A stretch of DNA of 64,000 nt from Anaerolineae bacterium (lineage in GTDB: Bacteria; Chloroflexota; Anaerolineae; B4-G1; SLSP01), in contig DAOUBT010000022.1 of assembly GCA_034432595.1 (NCBI GenBank), positions 10,600-74,599 on the forward strand, given 5' to 3'. The notes beneath the pieces were generated by a model. It had not been told where the DNA came from and did no database searches. It saw only the letters and a list, made by a program, of their open reading frames with translations. The translations under genes were made by a program, and so were the position numbers. Below, piece by piece: positions 29,471 to 38,677 of this stretch; position 1 is the first letter of the stretch, and every line of letters begins with the position of its first letter.

Positions 29471-29528
29471 TACTTAAAAAAAAGGCGTCTCGCGACGCCA
29501 CCACACCCAAATTGTGGAGGCTACCCCC

Positions 29529-30752
29529 ATGGCTGGATGGTCAGGCCGTCGCAAAAATATCATCGTTTTCCTCTTTTTGTTGCCCACCCTGCTGGGCGTT
29601 CTGGTTTTCAACGTCTACCCTATTCTGCTCAACACCTATATTTCATTCACCAACCGCAACAAATTCCATCCCAACCCGGATTGTACAGCAGGCCTGAATG
29701 GCATTCTGGACCCGGTATGTTGGCCCATGTTCCGGGAAAATGCCCCTCAGGGTCTGGGTGAGCCTTATCGCGTGCAAGAGCCACTCCTGAAAAACTACAT
29801 TGACCTGATCGGTAAGCTCTTTACCGCGGATAGTCTGTTGGCCTTGCTACGCCTGGTGCTCACCTTTGTACCCTTGATTATTGTCGGACAATTGAACAAG
29901 CGGTTCGAAAAGCAAGGGAATCGCCCCCTTTCCTCAACGGCGCTCTGGCTCATCGGCATCGGCGCTACCATCATCCTGGGGTGGTTGCTTAAGTTTGTAG
30001 CCGCTTTCACCGCCTTGATGGAAACAGGCGACTTCCTGTTCGTGGTCTTCCGCACCCTGTTGTTCGTCGTCGCGCGCGTGCCCATCACCTTTTTGGTCGG
30101 CTTGATTCTGGCGTTGATCCTGAATTCCAAGCATCTACCGGGACGCACCTTCTTCCGCGTGATTTTGTTCCTGCCCTGGGCTGCCTCGTCGGTCGCGATT
30201 CTGGTAGCCTTGATCTGGCAGTTCATCTTCCGTGAGCAGGGTGTCCTCAATCAGGTGTTGGGATTCCTGGTGCAGGGCTACAAGCCGGTGAGCTGGCTGA
30301 ACAATCCCACCACCGCTTTTGCCATTATCGTCATCGCCGATATCTATTTCTCCTACCCCTTCTTCATGGTCTCCATCCTGGGCGCGCTGCAATCCATCTC
30401 GATGGATATGTATGAGGCTGCGGAAATTGATGGGGCAAGTTGGTGGCAGCAGCTCACCAACATTACATTGCCGCTCATCCGCCCTGCGGTGTTGCCGGCA
30501 GCCGTGCTTACCTCTATTTCAGCTTTCCAGATGTTCGGCACGGCCTTTGCGATTACCGCCGGCGGGCCACGAACTTCAGCTCTCAAGCCCGGCGCTACTG
30601 AGTTCGTCATGGTCTACGCCTACCGGCAGATTTTCCAGCTCCAGGATTACGGTAAGGCGACTGCCTTTGCCGTCATCATCTTCTTCTTCCTGTTTGGAGC
30701 CACGCTCTGGAGCCTGCGCATTACCCGCATGACGAAAGGAGCTTACGAATGA
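29529..30752 (+). CDS. Sugar ABC transporter permease (MalF-like)
   Basis: Multi-TM protein with EAA-type loop (YEAAEIDGASWWQQLTNITLP). ATG 29529 with GGAGG SD. Confidence 0.85.
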   Translation: MAGWSGRRKNIIVFLFLLPTLLGVLVFNVYPILLNTYISFTNRNKFHPNPDCTAGLNGILDPVCWPMFRENAPQGLGEPYRVQEPLLKNYIDLIGKLFTADSLLALLRLVLTFVPLIIVGQLNKRFEKQGNRPLSSTALWLIGIGATIILGWLLKFVAAFTALMETGDFLFVVFRTLLFVVARVPITFLVGLILALILNSKHLPGRTFFRVILFLPWAASSVAILVALIWQFIFREQGVLNQVLGFLVQGYKPVSWLNNPTTAFAIIVIADIYFSYPFFMVSILGALQSISMDMYEAAEIDGASWWQQLTNITLPLIRPAVLPAAVLTSISAFQMFGTAFAITAGGPRTSALKPGATEFVMVYAYRQIFQLQDYGKATAFAVIIFFFLFGATLWSLRITRMTKGAYE

Positions 30753-31594
30753 ACCGAAAACCGAAACCCATTGTGCTGGCGTTACAGTACCTCATTTTGA
30801 TTCTGGCGGCACTGTTCGCCTTCTATCCGATCTGGTTTGCCATTCTGGCTTCTGGACGTGCAGGACAGCGCCTGTACACGCTCAATCTGGCCGGTATGTT
30901 CCTTCCCACAGAATGGACGTTCAAGAACTACAACGTCATGCTCTTTGAACAGCCTTTCCTGATCTGGATCAAAAACAGCCTGTACGTGGCAGCGCTGACC
31001 ACGGTCGCATCGCTGATTGTTTCGACGTTCGGCGCTTTTGCCGTGTCACGTTTCCGCTTCAAAGGCCGGGAGTTTTTCCTGATCTTCCTGCTGGCGATTC
31101 AGACTTTCCCTGGCGTGCTCTCCCTGGTAGCTATCGCGCAGGTGTTGACGGCGCTGGGCCTTTACGGTAAACACGAGGGCCTGATCCTGGCCTACACCAC
31201 CGGGACGCTGGTCTTCTGTACCTGGAATCTGAAGGGCTATTTCGATACCATCCCCATTGACCTGGAAGAAGCGGCCATGCTCGATGGTTGCGGCCCGATT
31301 GAGGCTTTTATTTTTGTGGCTCTGCCCCTGGCCAAACCGGCCCTGGCCGTCACCGCGCTGCTTTCCTTCCTTTCCGGGTGGGGTGACTTTATCTTTGCCT
31401 CGGTGCTGATACCTGCGCCCGAAACCATGAAGCTCGCGGTGCCCGCGCTCTACCGCCTGGCGAACAGCATGAGCGTCCCCTGGGGTTACTTCGCCGCGGG
31501 CGCAACGATCGTCATCATCCCCACGCTGATTGTCTTCCTGATGACGCAGCGTTCCTTCGAGTCAGGGTTAACGGTCGGAGGCGTGAAGGGCTAA
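30749..31594 (+). CDS. Sugar ABC transporter permease (MalG-like)
   Basis: EAA motif LEEAAMLDGCGPIEAF. Start overlaps the upstream stop (ATGA). Confidence 0.85.
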   Translation: MNRKPKPIVLALQYLILILAALFAFYPIWFAILASGRAGQRLYTLNLAGMFLPTEWTFKNYNVMLFEQPFLIWIKNSLYVAALTTVASLIVSTFGAFAVSRFRFKGREFFLIFLLAIQTFPGVLSLVAIAQVLTALGLYGKHEGLILAYTTGTLVFCTWNLKGYFDTIPIDLEEAAMLDGCGPIEAFIFVALPLAKPALAVTALLSFLSGWGDFIFASVLIPAPETMKLAVPALYRLANSMSVPWGYFAAGATIVIIPTLIVFLMTQRSFESGLTVGGVKG

Positions 31595-33372
31595 TGGACG
31601 ATTTCATCTTCGGCACCCTGGCCACGGATGAATTGCGTCTGGCACATACGCAAGCACGGTGGGCGGGCGTCACGCACGCCCACCGTCGCATGCCATTAGA
31701 CCCACGTCCGGGTGAGGCTCTCCACCTGACGCTCTCCGTTGGCCCGCAGATAGACGTACAAACAGCCTGGGTGTACTGGACCACAGACGGCAGCGAGCCG
31801 GGCGGGAGTCACGGACACGCCGCACGCGGTTACGCAGCCCCCCTCCACCCCGCGCAAAGCGAATGGCAAACCCTCATGTGGGGCTACCTGCGCTTTTACA
31901 CGGGCGTGATCCCCGCGCAGACGGCGGGAACGGTCGTGCGTTACCGTATGAGTGGGGTGAGCGCCGACGGCACGGAGCACTGGGCCGATGGCGGCACGTG
32001 TTTCGGCGTGTATGTGGATGATGACCCGCCCCCTGATTGGGCGCGCGATGCCGTGGTGTACCATATCTTTGTGGACCGCTTCTATCCGGGCGCGGGGCGC
32101 GCCTGGGGTACACCGCCTGACCCTTCCGGCTTCTACGGAGGGACGCTGCGCGGCATCCTCGAAAAGCTGGATTATCTGAGCGCGCTGGGTGTCAACGCGC
32201 TTTACCTCAGCCCCATTTTTGCCAGTCCCTCGCATCATGGTTATGATGTGACGGATTTGTTCGCCATCGAACCGCGTTTGGGCACGCGGGAAGACTTCCG
32301 TGCTCTGCTTGACGCGGCGCACGCGGCAGGGATGCGCGTGATTCTGGACTTCGTGCCCAATCACATCTCCCATCAACATCCCATCTTCGTTTCGGCGCAG
32401 AGCGATCCCAACAGTCCCTACCGCGATTGGTTTACGTTCACGCAGTGGCCAGACGAGTACGAAACGTTCTTCGGTGTGAAGGAGTTGCCGCAGGTGAACC
32501 TGCTCCATCCACAGGCGCGCGCCTTTATGTTGGACGCAGCGCGGTATTGGTTGGAGTTTGGGGTGGATGGCTACCGCCTGGACTACGCCATCGGCCCCAC
32601 ACCGGACTTCTGGGCGGATTTCCGCCGCGTGACCCGCGCCACCAAACCCGATTGCTGGACTTTCGGTGAAATTGTGGATCCGCCGGATGCGCAATTGGCT
32701 TTCTTCGGCGGCCTGGATGGCAGCCTGGATTTCATCCTGCTGGAGGCGCTGCGGCAAACTTTCGCCTTCGGGCGCTGGGATGCGGTGCGTTTTGCAAGTT
32801 TCCTGGAACGCCACGAGGTGTACTTCCCGCCGGACTTCTCGCGTCCTGCCTTCCTGGATAATCACGATATGAACCGCTTCCTGTGGGCCTGCGAGGGGAA
32901 CGTGGACCGCCTCAAGCTGGCGGCCCTGTGTCAGTTCACGCTCAGCGGCCCGCCTCTCATCTACTACGGAACAGAAGTCGGTCTTTCGCAGGTGCGCGAT
33001 GTCCGGCAAGGCAACCTGGGCTTCCCCCACGAGGCGCGTCTGCCCATGCTGTGGGATGAGGCGCAGGATGCGGAGTTGCTTGCTTTCTACCGCGCGTTGA
33101 TTGGCCTGCGCCGCGCGTCGTTCGCCCTGCGCCGCGGCACGCGCCGCACCTTGCATGTAACGCCGGATACCCTGGTATACGAGCGCAGCGGTGCCGGTGA
33201 AACGCTGATAACGGCGCTGAATTTAGCTGCGGAGGCGCGGACCGTCCCGCTCCCCGCCGGCGCGCGCCTGCGCCTGACCAGCGGCCCTGGCTGCGCGGTG
33301 ACCTCTTCATCCCCCAAAGAAAAGGTAACGCTGACCCTGCCCCCCCTGACCGGAGCAGTAGTAGCTATTTGA
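31594..33372 (+). CDS. Glycoside hydrolase family 13 (alpha-amylase / cyclomaltodextrinase-like) with N-terminal beta-domain
   Basis: GH13 regions DAVVYHIFVDRF, GGTLRGI, LGVNALYLSPIF, GMRVILDFVPNHIS, GYRLDYA, FLDNHD. TAATG overlap with the upstream gene. Confidence 0.85.
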   Translation: MDDFIFGTLATDELRLAHTQARWAGVTHAHRRMPLDPRPGEALHLTLSVGPQIDVQTAWVYWTTDGSEPGGSHGHAARGYAAPLHPAQSEWQTLMWGYLRFYTGVIPAQTAGTVVRYRMSGVSADGTEHWADGGTCFGVYVDDDPPPDWARDAVVYHIFVDRFYPGAGRAWGTPPDPSGFYGGTLRGILEKLDYLSALGVNALYLSPIFASPSHHGYDVTDLFAIEPRLGTREDFRALLDAAHAAGMRVILDFVPNHISHQHPIFVSAQSDPNSPYRDWFTFTQWPDEYETFFGVKELPQVNLLHPQARAFMLDAARYWLEFGVDGYRLDYAIGPTPDFWADFRRVTRATKPDCWTFGEIVDPPDAQLAFFGGLDGSLDFILLEALRQTFAFGRWDAVRFASFLERHEVYFPPDFSRPAFLDNHDMNRFLWACEGNVDRLKLAALCQFTLSGPPLIYYGTEVGLSQVRDVRQGNLGFPHEARLPMLWDEAQDAELLAFYRALIGLRRASFALRRGTRRTLHVTPDTLVYERSGAGETLITALNLAAEARTVPLPAGARLRLTSGPGCAVTSSSPKEKVTLTLPPLTGAVVAI

Positions 33373-33390
33373 TTCAAAGGAAGCTTCCCA

Positions 33391-35463
33391 ATGACACCTC
33401 CTCGGGTACGCACGTTGGTGCTGATCGTATTGCTCGGTTTGTTGGTGCGCGCGTGGGCAGCATGGCTTTTGCCCGTGGATGCGGATGAACCGGTATACCT
33501 GCGCGCCGCGGGAGCTTACGCACAGGCTATCCGTGCCGGTGATGTCGCGGGGGTGATAGATACCCCCCTCAACCGCGAACATCCCCCACTGATTAAGCTT
33601 TTGTATAGCCTCGGCTACCTGTTTTTGCCCGCGCGCGTGGATTATACGACGCAATTGTACGCGGCCCGCGCGCTTTCGGTGTTGTTCGGCACGGTGACGG
33701 TGGCCCTGACAGCCTGGCTTGACCCTTTAGCCGGGGTGTTTCTGGCGTTGCACTCGATGACCATCAAGTACACGTCGGAGGCTTACCTGGAAGCACTGCC
33801 CCAATTGAGCGCCCTGGTGGCGGCGCTGGCCTTGCGCCGGGCCGGACGCGGCGACCGGCGCGCCTGGTGGCTTTCGGCGGTAGCACTGGGCGTGACGGCG
33901 GCGGGGAAGTTGACCTATCTGGTGGTGGTGCCGGCGCTCGCTTACTTGATGTGGGAACAGCGTCCACTGGAGAAACGCCGCCTGGCCGGGTATGCAGCCG
34001 TGGCCCTGGGAACGTTCTGGTTGCTCAACCCCACCCTGTGGCACGCGCCGTTGATGCGCCTGCGCGAGATGTTGTTCTTCCACGCGGCTTACACGCAAGG
34101 GAGCGATGTGCTGCGCGCCGGTTATCCATGGTATCAGCCGGTGCTGTGGATCATCAATGATGTGCCGTGGCATCCGAATGTGTTTTTCTTTTTCACGTCC
34201 GACCGCTACGTGATATGGTTTCTGGTGCCGGGGCTTTATGTAGCATGGCGTAAGCGCGAGGGTTGGCTGAGCGTGTGGTTCGTGGTGGCTCTGGTCACCT
34301 TGCTTTTGTGGCCGACGAAATGGCCGCAGTATACGCTCACGCTCACGGTCCCGCTCTGCATGTTGGGAGCGGTAGCACTGCGCGCGCTGATAGCGTGGGC
34401 TAAAGGGTTTAACGAGTACTGGGGATGGTTCGAGGAAGTCGTGCCCCGTCCGCCGCGGGTGGCGATTTGGACCGCCATTGGCTTTGTCGCCGCGCTCACG
34501 GTGGGACAGGTCCACTACGAAATCCAGATGGCCCTGGGACGGCGCGGGTGGACGCATTTCACAGCGGAGACGGCGCCGCTGCTCTCCAACATGGTGTATG
34601 ATGTGGCGGTCGGGCGGGATGGTCACATTGCCTTCGCCACGGATAAGGGCATTACCTTCTGGGTTCCGGGGGAGGATTTCTTCTGGAGCAACGGCGTGAT
34701 GCATTTCACGCCGGATAACAGCCCCTTGCCGACTCGCCTGGTGTTGCGCGCGCTGGCGGCACGGGATGGTAGCTGGTGGTTCGGGACAGAGGCGGGGCTG
34801 GTGCACTACGATGGCTCGCGATGGACGCTTTTCGGGGCGGCGGATATGGGCCTGCCGGAAGCGAAGGTGCGCGCCTTGTGGGAAGATAGCGCGGGGCAGC
34901 TCTGGGTGGGGACGTTGCGCGGCGCCGCAATGTTGAGCGGGACGACGTGGCACGCGCTGCCGGAACTGGCGGACGTTAACGTGTTCTCGATCGCGGAGGG
35001 GGCGGATGGTTTGTGGTTCGGGACAGCAAACGGCCTGAGCCATTACGATGTCCACACGCTACAGTGGGAACATCTGAGCCGTGCTGATTTGGGGCTGAAC
35101 TGGGGTGGCGTGACGGATGCGTATGTGGATAGCGCCGGCACGCTCTGGGCCGCAAGTCAGGGTGATGGCGCTCTGCGTCGGGATGCGACAGGCTGGCGGC
35201 GTTTCACGGTGAGCGATGGCCTCCCCTCGAACACTTTACGCACGGTCACCGAGATGGAAGCGGGGACGATATGGTTTGGCGCAGGGTATCCCACGGAGCC
35301 GGGCGGATTGATTGTTGCCTGGGATGGCGCGCATTGGCGCACGTACACGCAGCGCAATTCAGGATATGCCGGGTTCGAGCCGTTAGCTTTGGCGCGGGAT
35401 AACGTGGGCGGGATATGGATTGCCACGGCAACGGGTGGCGTGCAGTACTACCACAAGCCGTGA
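33391..35463 (+). CDS. Membrane glycosyltransferase family 39 / ArnT-like N-terminal domain fused to a C-terminal two-component-regulator propeller (Reg_prop, Y_Y_Y-like) domain
   Basis: About 11 TM helices in the N-terminal half. C-terminal repeats WFGTEAGLVHYDG / WVGTLRGAAML / WFGTANGLSHYD. AAAGGAAG SD. Confidence 0.7.
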   Translation: MTPPRVRTLVLIVLLGLLVRAWAAWLLPVDADEPVYLRAAGAYAQAIRAGDVAGVIDTPLNREHPPLIKLLYSLGYLFLPARVDYTTQLYAARALSVLFGTVTVALTAWLDPLAGVFLALHSMTIKYTSEAYLEALPQLSALVAALALRRAGRGDRRAWWLSAVALGVTAAGKLTYLVVVPALAYLMWEQRPLEKRRLAGYAAVALGTFWLLNPTLWHAPLMRLREMLFFHAAYTQGSDVLRAGYPWYQPVLWIINDVPWHPNVFFFFTSDRYVIWFLVPGLYVAWRKREGWLSVWFVVALVTLLLWPTKWPQYTLTLTVPLCMLGAVALRALIAWAKGFNEYWGWFEEVVPRPPRVAIWTAIGFVAALTVGQVHYEIQMALGRRGWTHFTAETAPLLSNMVYDVAVGRDGHIAFATDKGITFWVPGEDFFWSNGVMHFTPDNSPLPTRLVLRALAARDGSWWFGTEAGLVHYDGSRWTLFGAADMGLPEAKVRALWEDSAGQLWVGTLRGAAMLSGTTWHALPELADVNVFSIAEGADGLWFGTANGLSHYDVHTLQWEHLSRADLGLNWGGVTDAYVDSAGTLWAASQGDGALRRDATGWRRFTVSDGLPSNTLRTVTEMEAGTIWFGAGYPTEPGGLIVAWDGAHWRTYTQRNSGYAGFEPLALARDNVGGIWIATATGGVQYYHKP

Positions 35464-35578
35464 CCACGCCACAAGAACGGGCACGGCTTGTCCATTCCCG
35501 TTAAGTTTGCATGACAACACCGTTAAGACCTCTTTCTAACGCTTGACGCACCCCTACCCCCTCATATACAATGAGGGC

Positions 35579-36376
35579 ATGAATCCATGGCTACTGGCTG
35601 TTTACCGACACGATATTGGGCCTCATCTGGAGCTGGCGCTGGCTGCCGGATGGGGGCTTGAGTTACAGGCGTTTTCTCACCCCGCGGTGCTGGAGCAACC
35701 GCGTCCCCTGCTGGAGACTTACCGTTCCATGCTGGCGGGATTTCAGGGGCCTTTGGCGCTGCACGGCGCTTTCTTCGATATGAGCGCCCACAGTGAAGAC
35801 GCGCGCATCATCGCTGCTACCCGCACACGCTATCTGCAAAATCTCGATATAGCCGCAGCCCTGGGAGCGCAGCACGTTATCTTTCACACCAACTTTTTGC
35901 CCATGTTGCGCCATCCGCGCTTCCGGGAGCAGTGGTTAACGCGCAACCTGGCTTTCTGGTCAGATTTTGCCGGTGAAGCACGCCAACGCGGCTTGCACAT
36001 TGCCCTGGAAAACATGTGGGACCCCGACCCGTATCTTCTGCAAGCCTTGATGAACGAGCTGCAAAGCCCTGACATCGGTGTATGCCTGGATGTGAGCCAT
36101 ACGCGGGTGTACGGCAGCGCTTATCCGCTGGAAACCTGGCTGGCGGCGCTGGAACCGTACATCATCCATATCCACCTCAACAACACGGACGGCAGCGATG
36201 ATAACCACCTGGGATTGCAGGATGCGCGCGGCGTGTTGCATTACGCGAGCGTGCTTCCTTACATCCTATCCCACGTATCGGATACGGTCTGGATGGTGCT
36301 GGAGCTGGACGATCCCGACCTGGCCGCGCAAGGACAGCACTTCATCCTGGGCGAAAGGGCTTTTTGTAAGGCATGA
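35579..36376 (+). CDS. Sugar phosphate isomerase/epimerase (xylose isomerase-like TIM barrel)
   Basis: HVIFHTNF, IALENMWD, LDVSHT motifs. The ORF track starts at TTG 35543. ATG 35579 lies 4 nt after a TTGACG-16-TATACA promoter-like sequence, so the transcript may be leaderless. Confidence 0.7.
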   Translation: MNPWLLAVYRHDIGPHLELALAAGWGLELQAFSHPAVLEQPRPLLETYRSMLAGFQGPLALHGAFFDMSAHSEDARIIAATRTRYLQNLDIAAALGAQHVIFHTNFLPMLRHPRFREQWLTRNLAFWSDFAGEARQRGLHIALENMWDPDPYLLQALMNELQSPDIGVCLDVSHTRVYGSAYPLETWLAALEPYIIHIHLNNTDGSDDNHLGLQDARGVLHYASVLPYILSHVSDTVWMVLELDDPDLAAQGQHFILGERAFCKA

Positions 36377-36410
36377 AAAGCCCCTGGCCGGTATGGATAC
36401 GCAGTAAAAG

Positions 36411-36439
36411 TTGCCAAGTCTAAGGACACAGGTATAATG
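36411..36439 (+). promoter_or_regulatory. Near-consensus sigma70 promoter (TTGCCA - 17 bp - TATAAT), followed by a ~220-nt structured leader
   Basis: ttgccaagtctaaggacacaggtataat read directly. The leader contains inverted repeats ctcctga/tcaggag and gacaaccgtc/gacggtgtc. Confidence 0.5.
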
Positions 36440-36664
36440 AAACTACTGAAAAGTAACGGCTCCTGACGGCCCTCGATGCAAAGCGCCTTTCAGGAGCGGG
36501 GACAACCGTCAGAATGACGAAAGCGGGCTACAACAGTCCGGCAGTTGTGCGTCGTGACGGTGTCAAGAAATTGAGTGGAGTGAGCTGCCCATATCACGGC
36601 TCGCCCGTTTGATAGATCACATGGGAAGCGAAGCGACGGACACAGGGCTGCGGGGAGGAAACTT

Positions 36665-37210
36665 ATGCAGACGTACAGCGATGAACTCATTTTGAATCCA
36701 GAAGACAAACTCTTACAGAACATTCAGGCGCTGGTTGGCGAAATTGGCGAAAAGCAGGTATTGCTGCGTCTGTTCCTGCTCATTCAGGGCACTTGCTGGC
36801 AGCTCTATCACAACCTGGGCGAAGAAGGATACGGGTTACTGCTGCTCAATCAGGAAACGCGCGAAACCATCTACGTGGATGTTAAAACGCGCCGCAGCCC
36901 AAGCAGCAACATCAAGCTGCGCCGTCGCATCAAGTTCAGCCTGACGGATGCCGAATACAAAAACTGCGATTTCCTTGTCGCTTACCTGATTGACACCAAC
37001 GGTTTTTACATCGTGCCCCGTGCAGACCTGGAAGAAGCGCATGTCGGGTCGAGCCGGCGCTGGCGCTTCGTCTTGGAGCTGGACGAAAACGGCGAGCCGC
37101 TGCCACATTGTGCGCGCTACCGCGACGCCTGGCACACCCTCCACGAGGACTTCATGCGCCGCCGGCTCAACCTGGGCTATCTCGAAGAAGAACACGATGA
37201 TGAAGACTAA
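36665..37210 (+). CDS. Small PD-(D/E)xK nuclease-fold protein (YraN/UPF0102-like core) with acidic C-terminal tail, encoded in a low-GC islet
   Basis: GEIGE...GEEGYGLLLLNQ...TIYVDVKTRR, comparable to the GEIDLI...VFVEVKTR nuclease motifs. GGGGAGGAA SD. Local GC about 55% versus about 67% in the flanks. Confidence 0.55.
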   Translation: MQTYSDELILNPEDKLLQNIQALVGEIGEKQVLLRLFLLIQGTCWQLYHNLGEEGYGLLLLNQETRETIYVDVKTRRSPSSNIKLRRRIKFSLTDAEYKNCDFLVAYLIDTNGFYIVPRADLEEAHVGSSRRWRFVLELDENGEPLPHCARYRDAWHTLHEDFMRRRLNLGYLEEEHDDED

Positions 37211-37273
37211 CTTTGCAGCCGGTCGCCCGCGACTTTCAGGCGGGCGACCGGACTGAAGACTCTGAGGCGTCTC

Positions 37274-38677
37274 ATGGCCGCATCCCCATCCTCCCCGTCT
37301 GCAACGCTATCCTCCTCCGCCCGTTGGTTGATACTTTCCGCCATTGGTACCGGAACCCTGATGACGGCCCTCGATGGCAGTATTGTCAATACTTTGCTGC
37401 CGGTCTTGCGACAACAATTCACGGTGGACGTGGCCAGCGTCGAATGGGTCGTCACGGCATATCTGCTGGTCACCAGCAGCCTGCTCCTGAGCTTTGGCCG
37501 CCTCGGCGATCTTTACGGGCACAAGCGCACGTACATGGGAGGGTTCATCATCTTCGTGCTCAGCTCCATGACCTGCGGCCTGGCGCAATCGGTCACCTCG
37601 CTGGTGCTTTCGCGCAGTGTACAGGCCATCGGCGCGGCGATGCTGGCGGCCAATTCCCCGGCTATCCTCACCAAAAACTTCCCGGCGCAAGAGCGCGGAC
37701 GCGCTTTAGGCCTGCTATCCACCATGACTTATTTAGGACTGGTGCTTGGCCCTTCCTTCGGCGGCTGGTTAGCGACGCACCTGAGCTGGCGCGCGGTGTT
37801 CTACATCAACGTCCCCATCGGCGCCCTGGCCCTGGGCCTGAGCGCTCGCTTCATCCCGGAGGACCGCAATCACCACGTGACAACGGCCTTTGACTGGCGC
37901 GGCGCGCTGACCTTCTCCCTGGGTCTGCTGACGCTGATGTTGGGGTTGAATCGCGGGCACATCTGGGGGTGGAGTTCATTCCCCACCCTTCTCACCTTGA
38001 GCGCAGGCATCGCGCTCCTGAGCGTTTTCGTGCTCACGGAGCTGCGGGTCCCCTCCCCCCTGCTTGACCTGCGCCTTTTCAAGAACGTGACGTTTAGCGG
38101 CGCGACCCTGAGCGCCGTGCTCAACTACGTCTGCCTGTACAGCATCGTCTTCCTCCTGCCCTTCTACTTCATCGAGGGGCGGGGATGGAACGCCGCGCAG
38201 GCCGGGGCGCTCCTCACCGCGCAACCCCTGATGATGGCTACCCTGGCGCCCTTGAGCGGAGCCCTTTCGGATCGCGTGGGCACGCGCTGGCCAACCGCCG
38301 TGGGCATGGCCCTGCTGAGCCTGGCGCTTTTTGGCTATGCGCGTTTGTCGGCAGAAGCTTCGCAGCTTCGCATCGCCCTCAATCTGGCCCTTTCCGGCGC
38401 CGGCATCGGCATTTTCATTTCCCCCAACACCAGCGCCTTGATGGGGGCCGCGCCGCGCGACCGACAGGGCACGGCGAGCGGCGTGATGGCAACCGCACGC
38501 AACCTGGGCATGACCCTGGGCATCGGCATCGCCGGCGCACTGTACAACACCGCTCTGCATCGGCAGGGCACGGCGGATGTTTTCCCCGCCATTCACTTCA
38601 CCTTTGGGGTCTTGACGGGCATCGGGGTGCTGGCGACCTTCATCACATTATTGCGCAGCCGCCTGGACCGTGGCTAA
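37274..38677 (+). CDS. MFS transporter, DHA2 (EmrB/QacA) 14-TM type
   Basis: 14 predicted TM helices; motif A-like GRLGDLYGHKRT. Confidence 0.85.
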   Translation: MAASPSSPSATLSSSARWLILSAIGTGTLMTALDGSIVNTLLPVLRQQFTVDVASVEWVVTAYLLVTSSLLLSFGRLGDLYGHKRTYMGGFIIFVLSSMTCGLAQSVTSLVLSRSVQAIGAAMLAANSPAILTKNFPAQERGRALGLLSTMTYLGLVLGPSFGGWLATHLSWRAVFYINVPIGALALGLSARFIPEDRNHHVTTAFDWRGALTFSLGLLTLMLGLNRGHIWGWSSFPTLLTLSAGIALLSVFVLTELRVPSPLLDLRLFKNVTFSGATLSAVLNYVCLYSIVFLLPFYFIEGRGWNAAQAGALLTAQPLMMATLAPLSGALSDRVGTRWPTAVGMALLSLALFGYARLSAEASQLRIALNLALSGAGIGIFISPNTSALMGAAPRDRQGTASGVMATARNLGMTLGIGIAGALYNTALHRQGTADVFPAIHFTFGVLTGIGVLATFITLLRSRLDRG

